Source of the DNA: Methanoregula sp.
Lineage (GTDB): Archaea; Halobacteriota; Methanomicrobia; Methanomicrobiales; Methanospirillaceae
Length of the DNA: 64,000 nt
Direction of reading: 5' to 3'
NCBI GenBank assembly: GCA_039698055.1
Contig: JBDKTL010000037.1
Span: 1 to 64,000 of the forward strand
Position numbers and translations under genes: made by a program. Every line of letters starts with the position of its first letter. Positions within the stretch are counted from its first letter, which is position 1. Below, in pieces: positions 30,231 through 39,165 of the stretch. A model generated the notes under the pieces. That model made no database searches. It saw only the letters and a program-made list of their open reading frames with translations, and had not been told where the DNA came from.

Positions 30231-31830
30231 ACCCGTGCAGGACCAGACCGGCACACGGTTTTTCTGCGCCGGACGTTTGCTCCCGCTCATGGATGCGTTT
30301 ACCAAGGAGATTTCCGGTGTGCGGACTGCACAAGACATTGAGCATATCCACCGCATGCGGGTTGCGTCACGGCGGCTTCGCGCTGCACTTCCCCTTTTTG
30401 CCTCCTGTTTTCCTCCTAAAAAATATGAGGCATGGCTGCATGAGATAAAAGCGATCACCGGGGCACTGGGAAAAGCCCGGGATATGGATGTCCAGATTGC
30501 ATTTCTCCAGAAATACCAGAAATCCACCGGGACATCCAAAAAACGCACGGCCGGCCGGGTTGTGGTTCCCCAGCACCTGCCCCCGGATGCGATACGCGAT
30601 CTTCTCGTGCAGCTGCAAAAACAGCGGGCCCGCCTTCAGGGCGATGTTGTCGCGGCGCTGGATACTTTTGAACGCCGCAGGGTCGCTGCAGAACTCAGCG
30701 ATTATCTCCGGCAGATGCTCCCGGCAAACAAGCGGTTCAGACGACGCCCGTCCCTCTCCGGCATTCCGCTGGTTGCCGCCGAACGGATAACAAACCGGAT
30801 CACGGACCTTTTTGTCTATGAACCATGGGTCCACAACCCGGATGCGATTGCAGAGCACCATGCCCTGCGCATCGCCGCAAAAAAACTCCGCTACACCATG
30901 GAGATCTATGCCCCCCTGTACCGGCTCGGTTTACAGAAACCCATCCGGCAGGTAAAAAGGCTCCAGGAAATTCTTGGCGATATCCATGACTGCGACGTAT
31001 GGATCGATCATCTCACGCTCGATATAACCCGGCACCGGGCCCGGCGTGAAACCCTGTCGGGTGCATCAGTTTCAGGCGCCGCAGCTATTCCTGCCCTGAA
31101 ACGGCTCCTTGCGGATCGGGAACAAAAACGCCATTACCTGTACCACCGGTTCGTCCGGTTCTGGGATTCGCTCTACCGGGCAGATTTCGCCGCCGGCATC
31201 CGCCAGACCCTTGTGGACGGGAGACGGGTGACCTGTGCCCCACCCACGGCGGGTTCACCTGAAGCAGAAGAGAACGCAGTAAACCGGCACGCGAGTTTCC
31301 CCGTCGACGCACTGGCGCACCGGGCTCATGTGGCCGGGCTTTCGCTCCGGTTTTTTGACGCACTCCGGCCGGTCCACGGTTTACCGGAACGGGACCGCAC
31401 CCTGCTCCGGTATGCAGCGCTCCTTCACAACATCGGCAGGACACCGGGTGTGCAGGGCCGCCGTTACCGCAGCGACGCTCTCGTACTTGCCGATGAGGAA
31501 CTGCCGTTTGGGTTTACCGAACTGGGCATCATCGGGCTTGTCGTCCGGCTCTCCCGGAAGAAGCCCGGCAATGCAGAAGAAGGGCTCTTTTCCCTGTTTT
31601 CCCATACTGACCGGCAGCGGGTGCTGATACTTGCAGCTCTTCTCCGGGTCGCTGACGGGTTCGACTGCCTACGGCAGGGCACGGTATCCTCGCTTCAGGT
31701 CTCGGCGAGCGCCCACGAAATTACCTGCGATGTGATCACAACCGGAGATGCGACGATGGAAATGGCGCGGGCCCGGGCAAAAAGCGACCGGTTCGCCCGG
31801 GTATTCCAAAAACCGCTGGTGATCCGGTGA
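30217..31830 (+). CDS. CHAD-domain (polyP-binding) protein with C-terminal degenerate Ppx HD-like domain
   Basis: IHRMRVASRRLR, LGKARDMDV, HALRIAAKKLRY, LQEILGDIHDCDV; C-terminal AALLHNIG. Confidence 0.85.
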   Translation: MTASKPVQDQTGTRFFCAGRLLPLMDAFTKEISGVRTAQDIEHIHRMRVASRRLRAALPLFASCFPPKKYEAWLHEIKAITGALGKARDMDVQIAFLQKYQKSTGTSKKRTAGRVVVPQHLPPDAIRDLLVQLQKQRARLQGDVVAALDTFERRRVAAELSDYLRQMLPANKRFRRRPSLSGIPLVAAERITNRITDLFVYEPWVHNPDAIAEHHALRIAAKKLRYTMEIYAPLYRLGLQKPIRQVKRLQEILGDIHDCDVWIDHLTLDITRHRARRETLSGASVSGAAAIPALKRLLADREQKRHYLYHRFVRFWDSLYRADFAAGIRQTLVDGRRVTCAPPTAGSPEAEENAVNRHASFPVDALAHRAHVAGLSLRFFDALRPVHGLPERDRTLLRYAALLHNIGRTPGVQGRRYRSDALVLADEELPFGFTELGIIGLVVRLSRKKPGNAEEGLFSLFSHTDRQRVLILAALLRVADGFDCLRQGTVSSLQVSASAHEITCDVITTGDATMEMARARAKSDRFARVFQKPLVIR

Positions 31831-33449
31831 GGTCGAAAACCGTGGGCCCGAAAGGGCGTGTTGTCGCTTTTATCGATATCGGGACAAACTCGGTCCGGAT
31901 GCTCGTTGTCCGGCTCAACCCCAACCATTCCTACAGCATTCTCACCCGGCAAAAGCAGCAGGTGCGTCTTGGGGACGGGGAATTTGAAGATGAGGAGATT
32001 ACAGCAGAAGCGATCGAACGGACCGTCCTTGTCTGCAAGAAATTCACCGATCTGGCACGGACGTTCGCGGTGGAGGAGTTTATCGCTGTCGCAACATCTG
32101 CTGCACGGGAAGCAAACAACCAGAAGGATCTGCTCGGGCGGTTGCGGCACGAAGCGATGCTGGACGTCAGAGTTGTTTCCGGACGGGAAGAGGCCCGGCT
32201 GATCTATCTTGGCGTAGCAAGCGGTATGCACCTTTTAAAACGTCGCGGGCTGTTCATTGATATCGGCGGCGGGAGTACGGAGATTGCGCTTGGCGACCAG
32301 CGGGAGTACGAGTACCTGGAAAGTTTCAAGCTTGGGGCTATCCGCCTGACCAACCTGTTTTTTTCCTCCGGGGGCTTACAGCCCGTCACCCCCGATGACT
32401 ACAGACACCTCCAGCAGAAGATAAGGAACGTTATCATCCATTCAGTCCAGAAGATCCGGACCGCACGACCGGACCTGATGATCGGCAGTTCCGGTACGAT
32501 CATGAACCTTGCCGATATTGCCGACAAGGCATTCCATTCCGGCAATGGTTCGGCAGAAAAGACGCTGACGTACCGTGACCTGAAAAAAGTCATCACCCTG
32601 CTCTGCTCCCTGCCCCTTGAGGAGCGGAGGAAAATTCCCGGAATCAACCCGGAGCGGGCCGACATCATTATCGCCGGCGCGGCAATTCTTGACACGTTCA
32701 TGAAAGAGCTGGACATCCCCACGATTACGATCACATCGCGGGGGCTCCAGGACGGCCTGCTTACGGATTACCTCTCGCGTCTCGATGATTTCCCCCTGAT
32801 TGGCGAACTTTCGCCCCGTCAGCGCAGCGTGCTCCAGCTGGGGCGTTCCTGCGGGATCAACGAGGCGCATTCCCGGGCCGTGGCCGGTCTTGTGCTCGAA
32901 CTCTTTGACAGCGCAAAAGAGATCAATCTCCATACGTATGGGGACGCCGAGCGCGAGCTCCTGGAATACGCCACGTTCCTGCATGACATCGGCTCGTTTA
33001 TCTCCTACGTCAACCACCAGGCGCACTCCTATTACATCATCAAAAATTCGGAGCTGCTCGGGTTTGACCAGAAAGAGATTGCAATCATGGCAAACCTTGC
33101 CCGGTTCCACCGCAAGAAAACCCCCGGGAAAAAAGCGGACGGGATCCGTGAACTCGACCTCCACGATCAGGAGATGATCCGTATCCTCTCGCTCTTTATC
33201 CGGCTTGGCGAGAGCCTTGACCGGAGCCACGCGGCGCTGGTCTGCCATGTCAGGCTGGTATCTGCGGGAAAAAATGCCGTGAACCTCAACATAACGGCCC
33301 GGGAAAACTGCCAGCTGGAGATCTGGGGAGTGGAGGCCGAGAAAAAAGCATTTGAAAAAGTGTTTGGCAAGAAACTCGACCTGAACATTATCGATGCGGG
33401 GGCGGGAGGAACTTTGCATGGAGACAAAAAAACAGCTCTCATTTCCTGA
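31827..33449 (+). CDS. ppx: Exopolyphosphatase Ppx/GppA
   Basis: [45 protein letters not shown] domain. Confidence 0.95.
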   Translation: MRSKTVGPKGRVVAFIDIGTNSVRMLVVRLNPNHSYSILTRQKQQVRLGDGEFEDEEITAEAIERTVLVCKKFTDLARTFAVEEFIAVATSAAREANNQKDLLGRLRHEAMLDVRVVSGREEARLIYLGVASGMHLLKRRGLFIDIGGGSTEIALGDQREYEYLESFKLGAIRLTNLFFSSGGLQPVTPDDYRHLQQKIRNVIIHSVQKIRTARPDLMIGSSGTIMNLADIADKAFHSGNGSAEKTLTYRDLKKVITLLCSLPLEERRKIPGINPERADIIIAGAAILDTFMKELDIPTITITSRGLQDGLLTDYLSRLDDFPLIGELSPRQRSVLQLGRSCGINEAHSRAVAGLVLELFDSAKEINLHTYGDAERELLEYATFLHDIGSFISYVNHQAHSYYIIKNSELLGFDQKEIAIMANLARFHRKKTPGKKADGIRELDLHDQEMIRILSLFIRLGESLDRSHAALVCHVRLVSAGKNAVNLNITARENCQLEIWGVEAEKKAFEKVFGKKLDLNIIDAGAGGTLHGDKKTALIS

Positions 33450-34491
33450 CCGCTACCTGACGATCTGGATCTTTCTTGCCATGGCAGCCGGTATCGCTCT
33501 CGGGTACTTATTGCCCTCAGTACCGGTTATGATTACCGGACTTTCGGCCGGTACAACCTCCATCCCAATCGCAATCGGGCTGATCCTGATGATGTACCCG
33601 CCGCTTGCAAAGGTGCGGTACGAGGAACTCCGCAACGTATTTTGTGACACAAAAGTCCTCGGGCTCTCGCTCGTGCAGAACTGGATTGTCGGGCCGGTCC
33701 TGATGTTTGTTCTCGCAGTTATCTTCCTAAGGGACCAGCCGCTCCTTATGTACGGCCTCATCCTTGTCGGGCTCGCACGCTGTATCGCGATGGTCATTGT
33801 CTGGAACGATCTCGCCGGCGGCGATTGCGAGTATTGCGCCGCTATCGTGGGCCTGAACTCGGTCTTTCAGGTCTTCTTCTACTCGGTCTATGCGTACTTC
33901 TTCATCACGCTGCTCCCGGCAGTGCTGGGTATCGCAGCCGGTACGGTGGTCAGTGTAACGATTATGGAGATTGCAGTCAGCGTTTTCATTTACCTCGGCA
34001 TCCCGTTTCTCGCAGGTATCGTCACCCGGTTTGCCCTGCTCCGGTTGAAATCAAGGGAATGGTACGAACAGGCATTCATCCCGAAAATTTCTCCCATCAC
34101 GCTATTTGCCCTTCTTTTTACGATTATCGTCATGTTCGCACTCAAGGGAGAGTATATCGTCACTGTCCCGCTTGATGTTGTACGGGTTGCGATACCGCTG
34201 CTTGTCTACTTCCTCCTGATGTTTTTTATCAGTTTCCGGATGGCATTTCGTATGGGTGTAAATTACAAAAAAGCAACCAGTCTTTCGTTTACTGCTGCAT
34301 CCAACAATTTCGAGCTTGCCATTGCAGTAGCGATCGGTGTTTTTGGGATTGGTTCTGCTGTTGCATTTGCAACTGTCATCGGGCCGCTCGTGGAAGTACC
34401 GGTCATGATTGGACTGGTCAATGTTGCGTTCTGGCTCCGGGAGCGCTGGTATAAGGGAACAAAGGATACTTGCGGGTGTGAGGGGGCCTGA
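33418..34491 (+). CDS. acr3: ACR3-family arsenite efflux transporter
   Basis: [41 protein letters not shown]. Confidence 0.95.
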   Translation: METKKQLSFPDRYLTIWIFLAMAAGIALGYLLPSVPVMITGLSAGTTSIPIAIGLILMMYPPLAKVRYEELRNVFCDTKVLGLSLVQNWIVGPVLMFVLAVIFLRDQPLLMYGLILVGLARCIAMVIVWNDLAGGDCEYCAAIVGLNSVFQVFFYSVYAYFFITLLPAVLGIAAGTVVSVTIMEIAVSVFIYLGIPFLAGIVTRFALLRLKSREWYEQAFIPKISPITLFALLFTIIVMFALKGEYIVTVPLDVVRVAIPLLVYFLLMFFISFRMAFRMGVNYKKATSLSFTAASNNFELAIAVAIGVFGIGSAVAFATVIGPLVEVPVMIGLVNVAFWLRERWYKGTKDTCGCEGA

Positions 34492-34539
34492 CATTCCATG
34501 CCGGTTTCCCTGCCATGAAACTGCCGGAACAATCCCCCT

Positions 34540-35391
34540 TCATCTGCCCCCGATCTTCTCAAGCGCTTCTGCCGCACTCCTGCTGATTGCCGCTGACGGG
34601 TGTTTCAGCAGGGCAAGAAGAGGGGTGGATGCACGGGAACTGCGGATCTCTCCCAGCGCCCAGATCGCTGCTTCTGGTACAATACCGTCCCGCTGGAGCA
34701 GGCCGACCAGTGGATCAACTGCTGCGTCTGCCCGCAGTGCCCCAAGCGCAAGGGCCGCACGCCAGACAATTTTGTCGTCAGTGGCATCAAGTGCATCGAT
34801 AAGATGGGGAGTTGCACCCATGCCGGGACTGGACAGGATATCAAACGCGGCACTTCGAACATCTGCCTGATCGTTTGCAAGCGCTCCGATCAACAACCCG
34901 ATGCACCCGTCATCCGGGGTTACGGCAAGACCGGCAATCGCACCAAGCCGTGCGGCAGGAGTCCCGTTCCTGAGATCGTCCTCCCACTGCGCGAGGATCT
35001 CCGGGCTGACAGACCCGGATCTGCCGGGCTTGTTCCCGTTTGACGGGGGATGCGATGGTATCGCTGCCGGCGTTTCATGCATCTCTTCAAGATCCAGCGC
35101 CGCCGCCCAGCAGTCAACCGCCCACCGTGCAGCTGTATCGGAAAAGCCCAGTTCATTGCACAGCCGCTTTGCAAGAAACCCTTTCATCAGCGACAGGGGC
35201 AGCGAATGGCGGGGGGCATGCAGATCGTCAGGGATGCGCTGGCGGACTGCATTTGTCAGGATGAAAATTTCCCGGCTGCGATCCGGGCAGGTGTCCCGGA
35301 GCAGCCCCTCGCACCGGGTGGCATTGCGGGCAACAGAAAAGCCGTGCTGCACCAGGAGCCGCTTTAAGATCGCTTCCATGGAATCGGTCAT
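34540..35391 (-). CDS. HEAT/PBS-lyase repeat protein with uncharacterised N-terminal helical domain
   Basis: Repeats VRSAAFDILS, VWRAALALGAL, AAIWALGEI, AAEALEKI; ATGA overlap with kinase stop. Confidence 0.8.
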   Translation of the reverse strand: MTDSMEAILKRLLVQHGFSVARNATRCEGLLRDTCPDRSREIFILTNAVRQRIPDDLHAPRHSLPLSLMKGFLAKRLCNELGFSDTAARWAVDCWAAALDLEEMHETPAAIPSHPPSNGNKPGRSGSVSPEILAQWEDDLRNGTPAARLGAIAGLAVTPDDGCIGLLIGALANDQADVRSAAFDILSSPGMGATPHLIDALDATDDKIVWRAALALGALRADAAVDPLVGLLQRDGIVPEAAIWALGEIRSSRASTPLLALLKHPSAAISRSAAEALEKIGGR

Positions 35392-36749
35392 GGCATCCCC
35401 CGGGTGTCCGTCAACAGGATTACCGAGGTCACGCCTTCCATCGTAATTGTCGTCCCGGGATTGAGCGGCACCGCCCGGCCCGGCGGCACGCTTGTCATCG
35501 TTCCATCAGGAAATGTGGCGAGCCAGGGATCAGAAGACTGGTTGCGTATTCCCGCTGCGTGTGCGATAGCCGGGTGGGAGACAACAACACCGATAATCCG
35601 GGAACCGTCATCCGTGCCGTTGTGAGATGCGAGGTGACGGGAAAGAATGGTGGAGCCAAGCGTAAGAACCCGGGAGATGTCGCCACCGGGCCGCCGGATA
35701 AGCAGGCTTGGGGGCAGGGGGTTTATCGTATGGCAATGCCAGCAACGGTACTGGCCGTTGGCAGTATCGGTAAAATTCTCGGCCTGGCAGTGCGGGCACC
35801 GGACGATCCCGTCCGATAGTTCGAGGAACAGGTTCTGCCATTCCCCTTCGGTCACCCGCCGCCCCGGCTGGATGAGTCCATCGGTAAACGCCCGGGTAAA
35901 CATTGTTTTTAATTTTTGCGGGCACAACGCCCAGCGCTCTCTTGCCGTATCGTAATCCGGGTCATCCGGCAGCCGGTTTGCCGGGTTATCCGGATCAAAG
36001 ACAAAGACCGGCGCCTCCCCGTAGACTTTCTTCTTGGCCGGGATATCCCAGCAGTGAAACCGGTACTCCATCATGCCGTGGAGAGGGTGGTGCCATATCC
36101 AGACGTAAAAGAGCAGCACGGCAAGCGAGTGGAGGTCGGTCTCGCTGGAAGGATCGGTCTGGTTGCAGATGATCTCCGGCGCCATGTACTCCATCGTTCC
36201 CCATACCTGGCACCGGGACTGGCGGTTGATCCCGACATTGTCATTGTCACAGATCAGGACGTGACCGGTTTTCGGGTCAAACATCAGGTTGCCGGCAGAG
36301 ATGTCGCGGTAACAGTGCCCGGAGAGGTGCAGGGCCCGGTAGCTGTTTGCAAGTTCGTAGGATATCGCACACAGCGCCGAAAAATTTGGCACCGGCTTGA
36401 GATGCGCCCAGACCTCCCCCAGTTCTGCGAACCGTCCGGTATCGATGCGCTCCATCAGGTACCCGAACGATCCCGGTTTGTCGGCCGTGACCAGGTCAAG
36501 CGGCCAGATAAACCGTTTCCCGGCCGGGCCATAGGGAGGGCCGGTCCGCACAAGATAGCGGATGGCAGCGATCTGTTCAGGTGTTGCCTGCTCGGGCTTA
36601 TACCATTTCACCGCTTGGAATCCTGCCGGGCCGTCGACAAGGTACACTTCTCCCTGCGTGCCCTCGCCAAGTTTTTTGATCACGTGCAGTTCATACCCGG
36701 AATTATCGGCAGAGAGACGCTCCCCGATGCGCAGCGGTATATCTACCAC
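35388..36749 (-). CDS. Ser/Thr protein kinase with C-terminal Zn-ribbon and FHA-like domain (TerY-P type)
   Basis: GEGTQGEVY, AVKWY, YRDISAGN, ICDNDN in place of DFG, GTMEYMAPE, CPHC/CWHC. Confidence 0.9.
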   Translation of the reverse strand: MVDIPLRIGERLSADNSGYELHVIKKLGEGTQGEVYLVDGPAGFQAVKWYKPEQATPEQIAAIRYLVRTGPPYGPAGKRFIWPLDLVTADKPGSFGYLMERIDTGRFAELGEVWAHLKPVPNFSALCAISYELANSYRALHLSGHCYRDISAGNLMFDPKTGHVLICDNDNVGINRQSRCQVWGTMEYMAPEIICNQTDPSSETDLHSLAVLLFYVWIWHHPLHGMMEYRFHCWDIPAKKKVYGEAPVFVFDPDNPANRLPDDPDYDTARERWALCPQKLKTMFTRAFTDGLIQPGRRVTEGEWQNLFLELSDGIVRCPHCQAENFTDTANGQYRCWHCHTINPLPPSLLIRRPGGDISRVLTLGSTILSRHLASHNGTDDGSRIIGVVVSHPAIAHAAGIRNQSSDPWLATFPDGTMTSVPPGRAVPLNPGTTITMEGVTSVILLTDTRGMP

Positions 36750-37663
36750 CCCTCCGAGGGTTTGCTGATGGGTTCCTCACGCGGGGTCACCGGTTGATCC
36801 GGTGCCCGGGACGGGTGGATAGTGGCATAGACAAGCGTCATATCGTCACCGCTTGCAATCACGGAATACCGGTCAAGCCATCCTGCCATCGCTCGGGCAA
36901 CGTTTTCAATGCCATAAGTCAGGACCCGCCCGACGAGGCTCCTGATAAAAACCAAAAACTCTTCGCTGTCGGAGCCGCCAAACGAATCGGAAACCCCATC
37001 CGTTGCGGCAATCAGGACACCACCGGCATCCCGGTCAAGCGTCGCGGTTCTCCAGAGCAGGTGTGCATCCTTTGAGGAGAGCGAATGGGTTTCCTTGCCG
37101 GTCAGTGCCGGATCCTTAGGGAGCGGGGCTTCAATGACACCGTCATGCCGGAGAAGGAGCAGGTCGCCGTCACCGATCTGGCCAAGCAGGATTGCGTCAG
37201 AAAGCACGAGAGCGACAATCAGCGTTGTCCCGTAACGGACCGTGAGCGGATCGTCCGGGTGGTCCGCAGTCCCGGCTCCGATGCCACGGCGCCCTGCGTC
37301 TTCTTCGACCATCTCCCGCCAGCGGCGGGTTATCCTGCGGGGAAATGCGGTCTTGAAATCCGCACAGAGTTCCACGTGCCCCGGCTCAGGGAGGTGGATC
37401 CGGCAAAAAAGCATAATCTCCTCGAGCGCTGCATGCACCGCGATGCCAGCACCAGACTGGCTCTGGTCATGCCGCACATCCCCATGCCCATCGGCAACAG
37501 CGATTGCCAGTGCAGGTGTAGAGCCAAGCGAGCCGCTCCATACGGCATATGCATCCTCGCAGGGTTTTTGTGCGTGAAGATGGGATGCACCCCTTCGGCT
37601 GCACCCGAACGCCCACCCAAGGGAGGTTTCGCAGGAACAGGAAAACTCTTGCGGTATTGGCAT
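36743..37663 (-). CDS. PP2C-type protein phosphatase (TerY-P type)
   Basis: RGASH..PCEDA, AVADGHG, QIGDG, ATDGVSD, GDDMT. Confidence 0.9.
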   Translation of the reverse strand: MPIPQEFSCSCETSLGWAFGCSRRGASHLHAQKPCEDAYAVWSGSLGSTPALAIAVADGHGDVRHDQSQSGAGIAVHAALEEIMLFCRIHLPEPGHVELCADFKTAFPRRITRRWREMVEEDAGRRGIGAGTADHPDDPLTVRYGTTLIVALVLSDAILLGQIGDGDLLLLRHDGVIEAPLPKDPALTGKETHSLSSKDAHLLWRTATLDRDAGGVLIAATDGVSDSFGGSDSEEFLVFIRSLVGRVLTYGIENVARAMAGWLDRYSVIASGDDMTLVYATIHPSRAPDQPVTPREEPISKPSEGW

Positions 37664-37671
37664 GATAAAAA

Positions 37672-38361
37672 TTAAAACAGGTCAGTATTTGTCGTGACCA
37701 GTGGTGGCGGTGAATCGATTGCCACATTGGACGTATCGTCAGCCGCCAATGACCCCCGGCTTCTCCCGCGGGAAGAAGCAACCGATGCACTGATCGACGC
37801 CCACTTGATGTACGCGACCAGTTCTTCCGGTGAATGGGCTTTTAAGAGGCCGACAGCGTCCTGGTTGACAAACTTTACCAGTTCCGGTTCATTGTAGTCC
37901 GATTCGTCACCGATGGCAATGGCAAGCCTTACTGCCTTGATGCCCCACGGGAGGGTTTCAAGTTCTGCGATTGCGGTATCGTAGTCCCCGGACGGTTCGG
38001 TGCAGAACCCATCAGAGATAAGGATACAGACCGGGGGCAGGCCCCGGCGGGGCATCCGTTCGATGGACAACTCGGATGCAAGAAGGCGGACTGCCTGTGC
38101 GGTGGCCGTGAGCCCGGAGGTTTCCAGTTCCGGCCAGGAAAAATCTTCAAGGGGGACGGGTTCAGGCCCGACATGCCATGATGCAGTATCGGAGAATTTG
38201 ATCGCACGCATCTGGATTTCAACCTGGGGATATGCCGCAACCGCTTTCTGGATCTCGGGCAGCGCCTCGCGGATGGCCTGGTTCAGCGTGGCAATCTTTT
38301 TTCCCCGCATGGAATCCGAACAGTCTGCCAGCCAGAAAAACTGGAGCTTTTTGCGAGCCAC
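37672..38361 (-). CDS. terY: TerY-family von Willebrand A domain protein
   Basis: FFWLADCSDSM.GKKI..LNQAI (MIDAS DxSxS), ILISDG, RLAIAIG; true start may be 38394. Confidence 0.85.
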   Translation of the reverse strand: MARKKLQFFWLADCSDSMRGKKIATLNQAIREALPEIQKAVAAYPQVEIQMRAIKFSDTASWHVGPEPVPLEDFSWPELETSGLTATAQAVRLLASELSIERMPRRGLPPVCILISDGFCTEPSGDYDTAIAELETLPWGIKAVRLAIAIGDESDYNEPELVKFVNQDAVGLLKAHSPEELVAYIKWASISASVASSRGRSRGSLAADDTSNVAIDSPPPLVTTNTDLF

Positions 38362-38709
38362 CTGCCCGTCGGGAACCGGAATAATGTCTTCGATGATTGC
38401 ACCCCCGTTATCGTACCATTCAATCTATCCGGCAACCATATAAGATCACCGTTTTTCTGGTAATTCACCGGTGGGGAATATGAAAACAGGAAAAAATAAG
38501 CCGGATACCGGCCCGGAAAAAAGGGTTCGCTGGCTTTTTTAAACCCTCATATATACGACATGCAATACTTGTTGATTTAAAAAAAACAAGGCATACATGA
38601 GATTAATTACAGGATTTGAACAGTGCCGGTTCTTTAAAAAATACCCGTAAAGAAAAATTTCTTGCGGGTGTGTTAAAATAGATGAATTTCCGGTAAAGAC
38701 CGGAAAAAA

Positions 38710-38955
38710 TTACTGCTGACTGCCGAGTGCGCCTTTAATCATGTCAGCAACACCGGGCGGGAGGTTGAGCCCACCAAGAACCGAGGGAAGGACGCTCATC
38801 ATCACTTTCTGCCCTTCGGGCGTCGATGCAAAATTCTTCAGCAGGCTTATGCCGTCGGGTGAGCTTAAAAAAGCCTTGACTTTTTCCTGTCCTTCGGGGG
38901 TGGAGATGTAACCTGCAACTGCACCGCCCATAGTACCAATCGATCCAAAATCCAT
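38710..38955 (-). CDS. Small hypothetical protein with repeated STPEGQ/SSPDG motif
   Basis: 81 aa, GGAAGTGA SD-like sequence, three S(T/S)P(E/D)G repeats. Confidence 0.7.
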   Translation of the reverse strand: MDFGSIGTMGGAVAGYISTPEGQEKVKAFLSSPDGISLLKNFASTPEGQKVMMSVLPSVLGGLNLPPGVADMIKGALGSQQ

Positions 38956-39165
38956 GAGTGTTTCACTTCCAAAATTTTGATTCTTACTATTGGCGATATA
39001 CGGATTTAAAGCCAGTGAACGTGAGGAAAAACGGGTCTGATAAGGATTGGCGATTCTTCAATGGAAAAAATCCTGCTCACAGGAAGTACCAACAAGACCC
39101 CTCATGCGACCCCCTCACCTGATGGATGATTTTAAAAAAAAAACGGAAAAAAAATCCTGCCCTGC

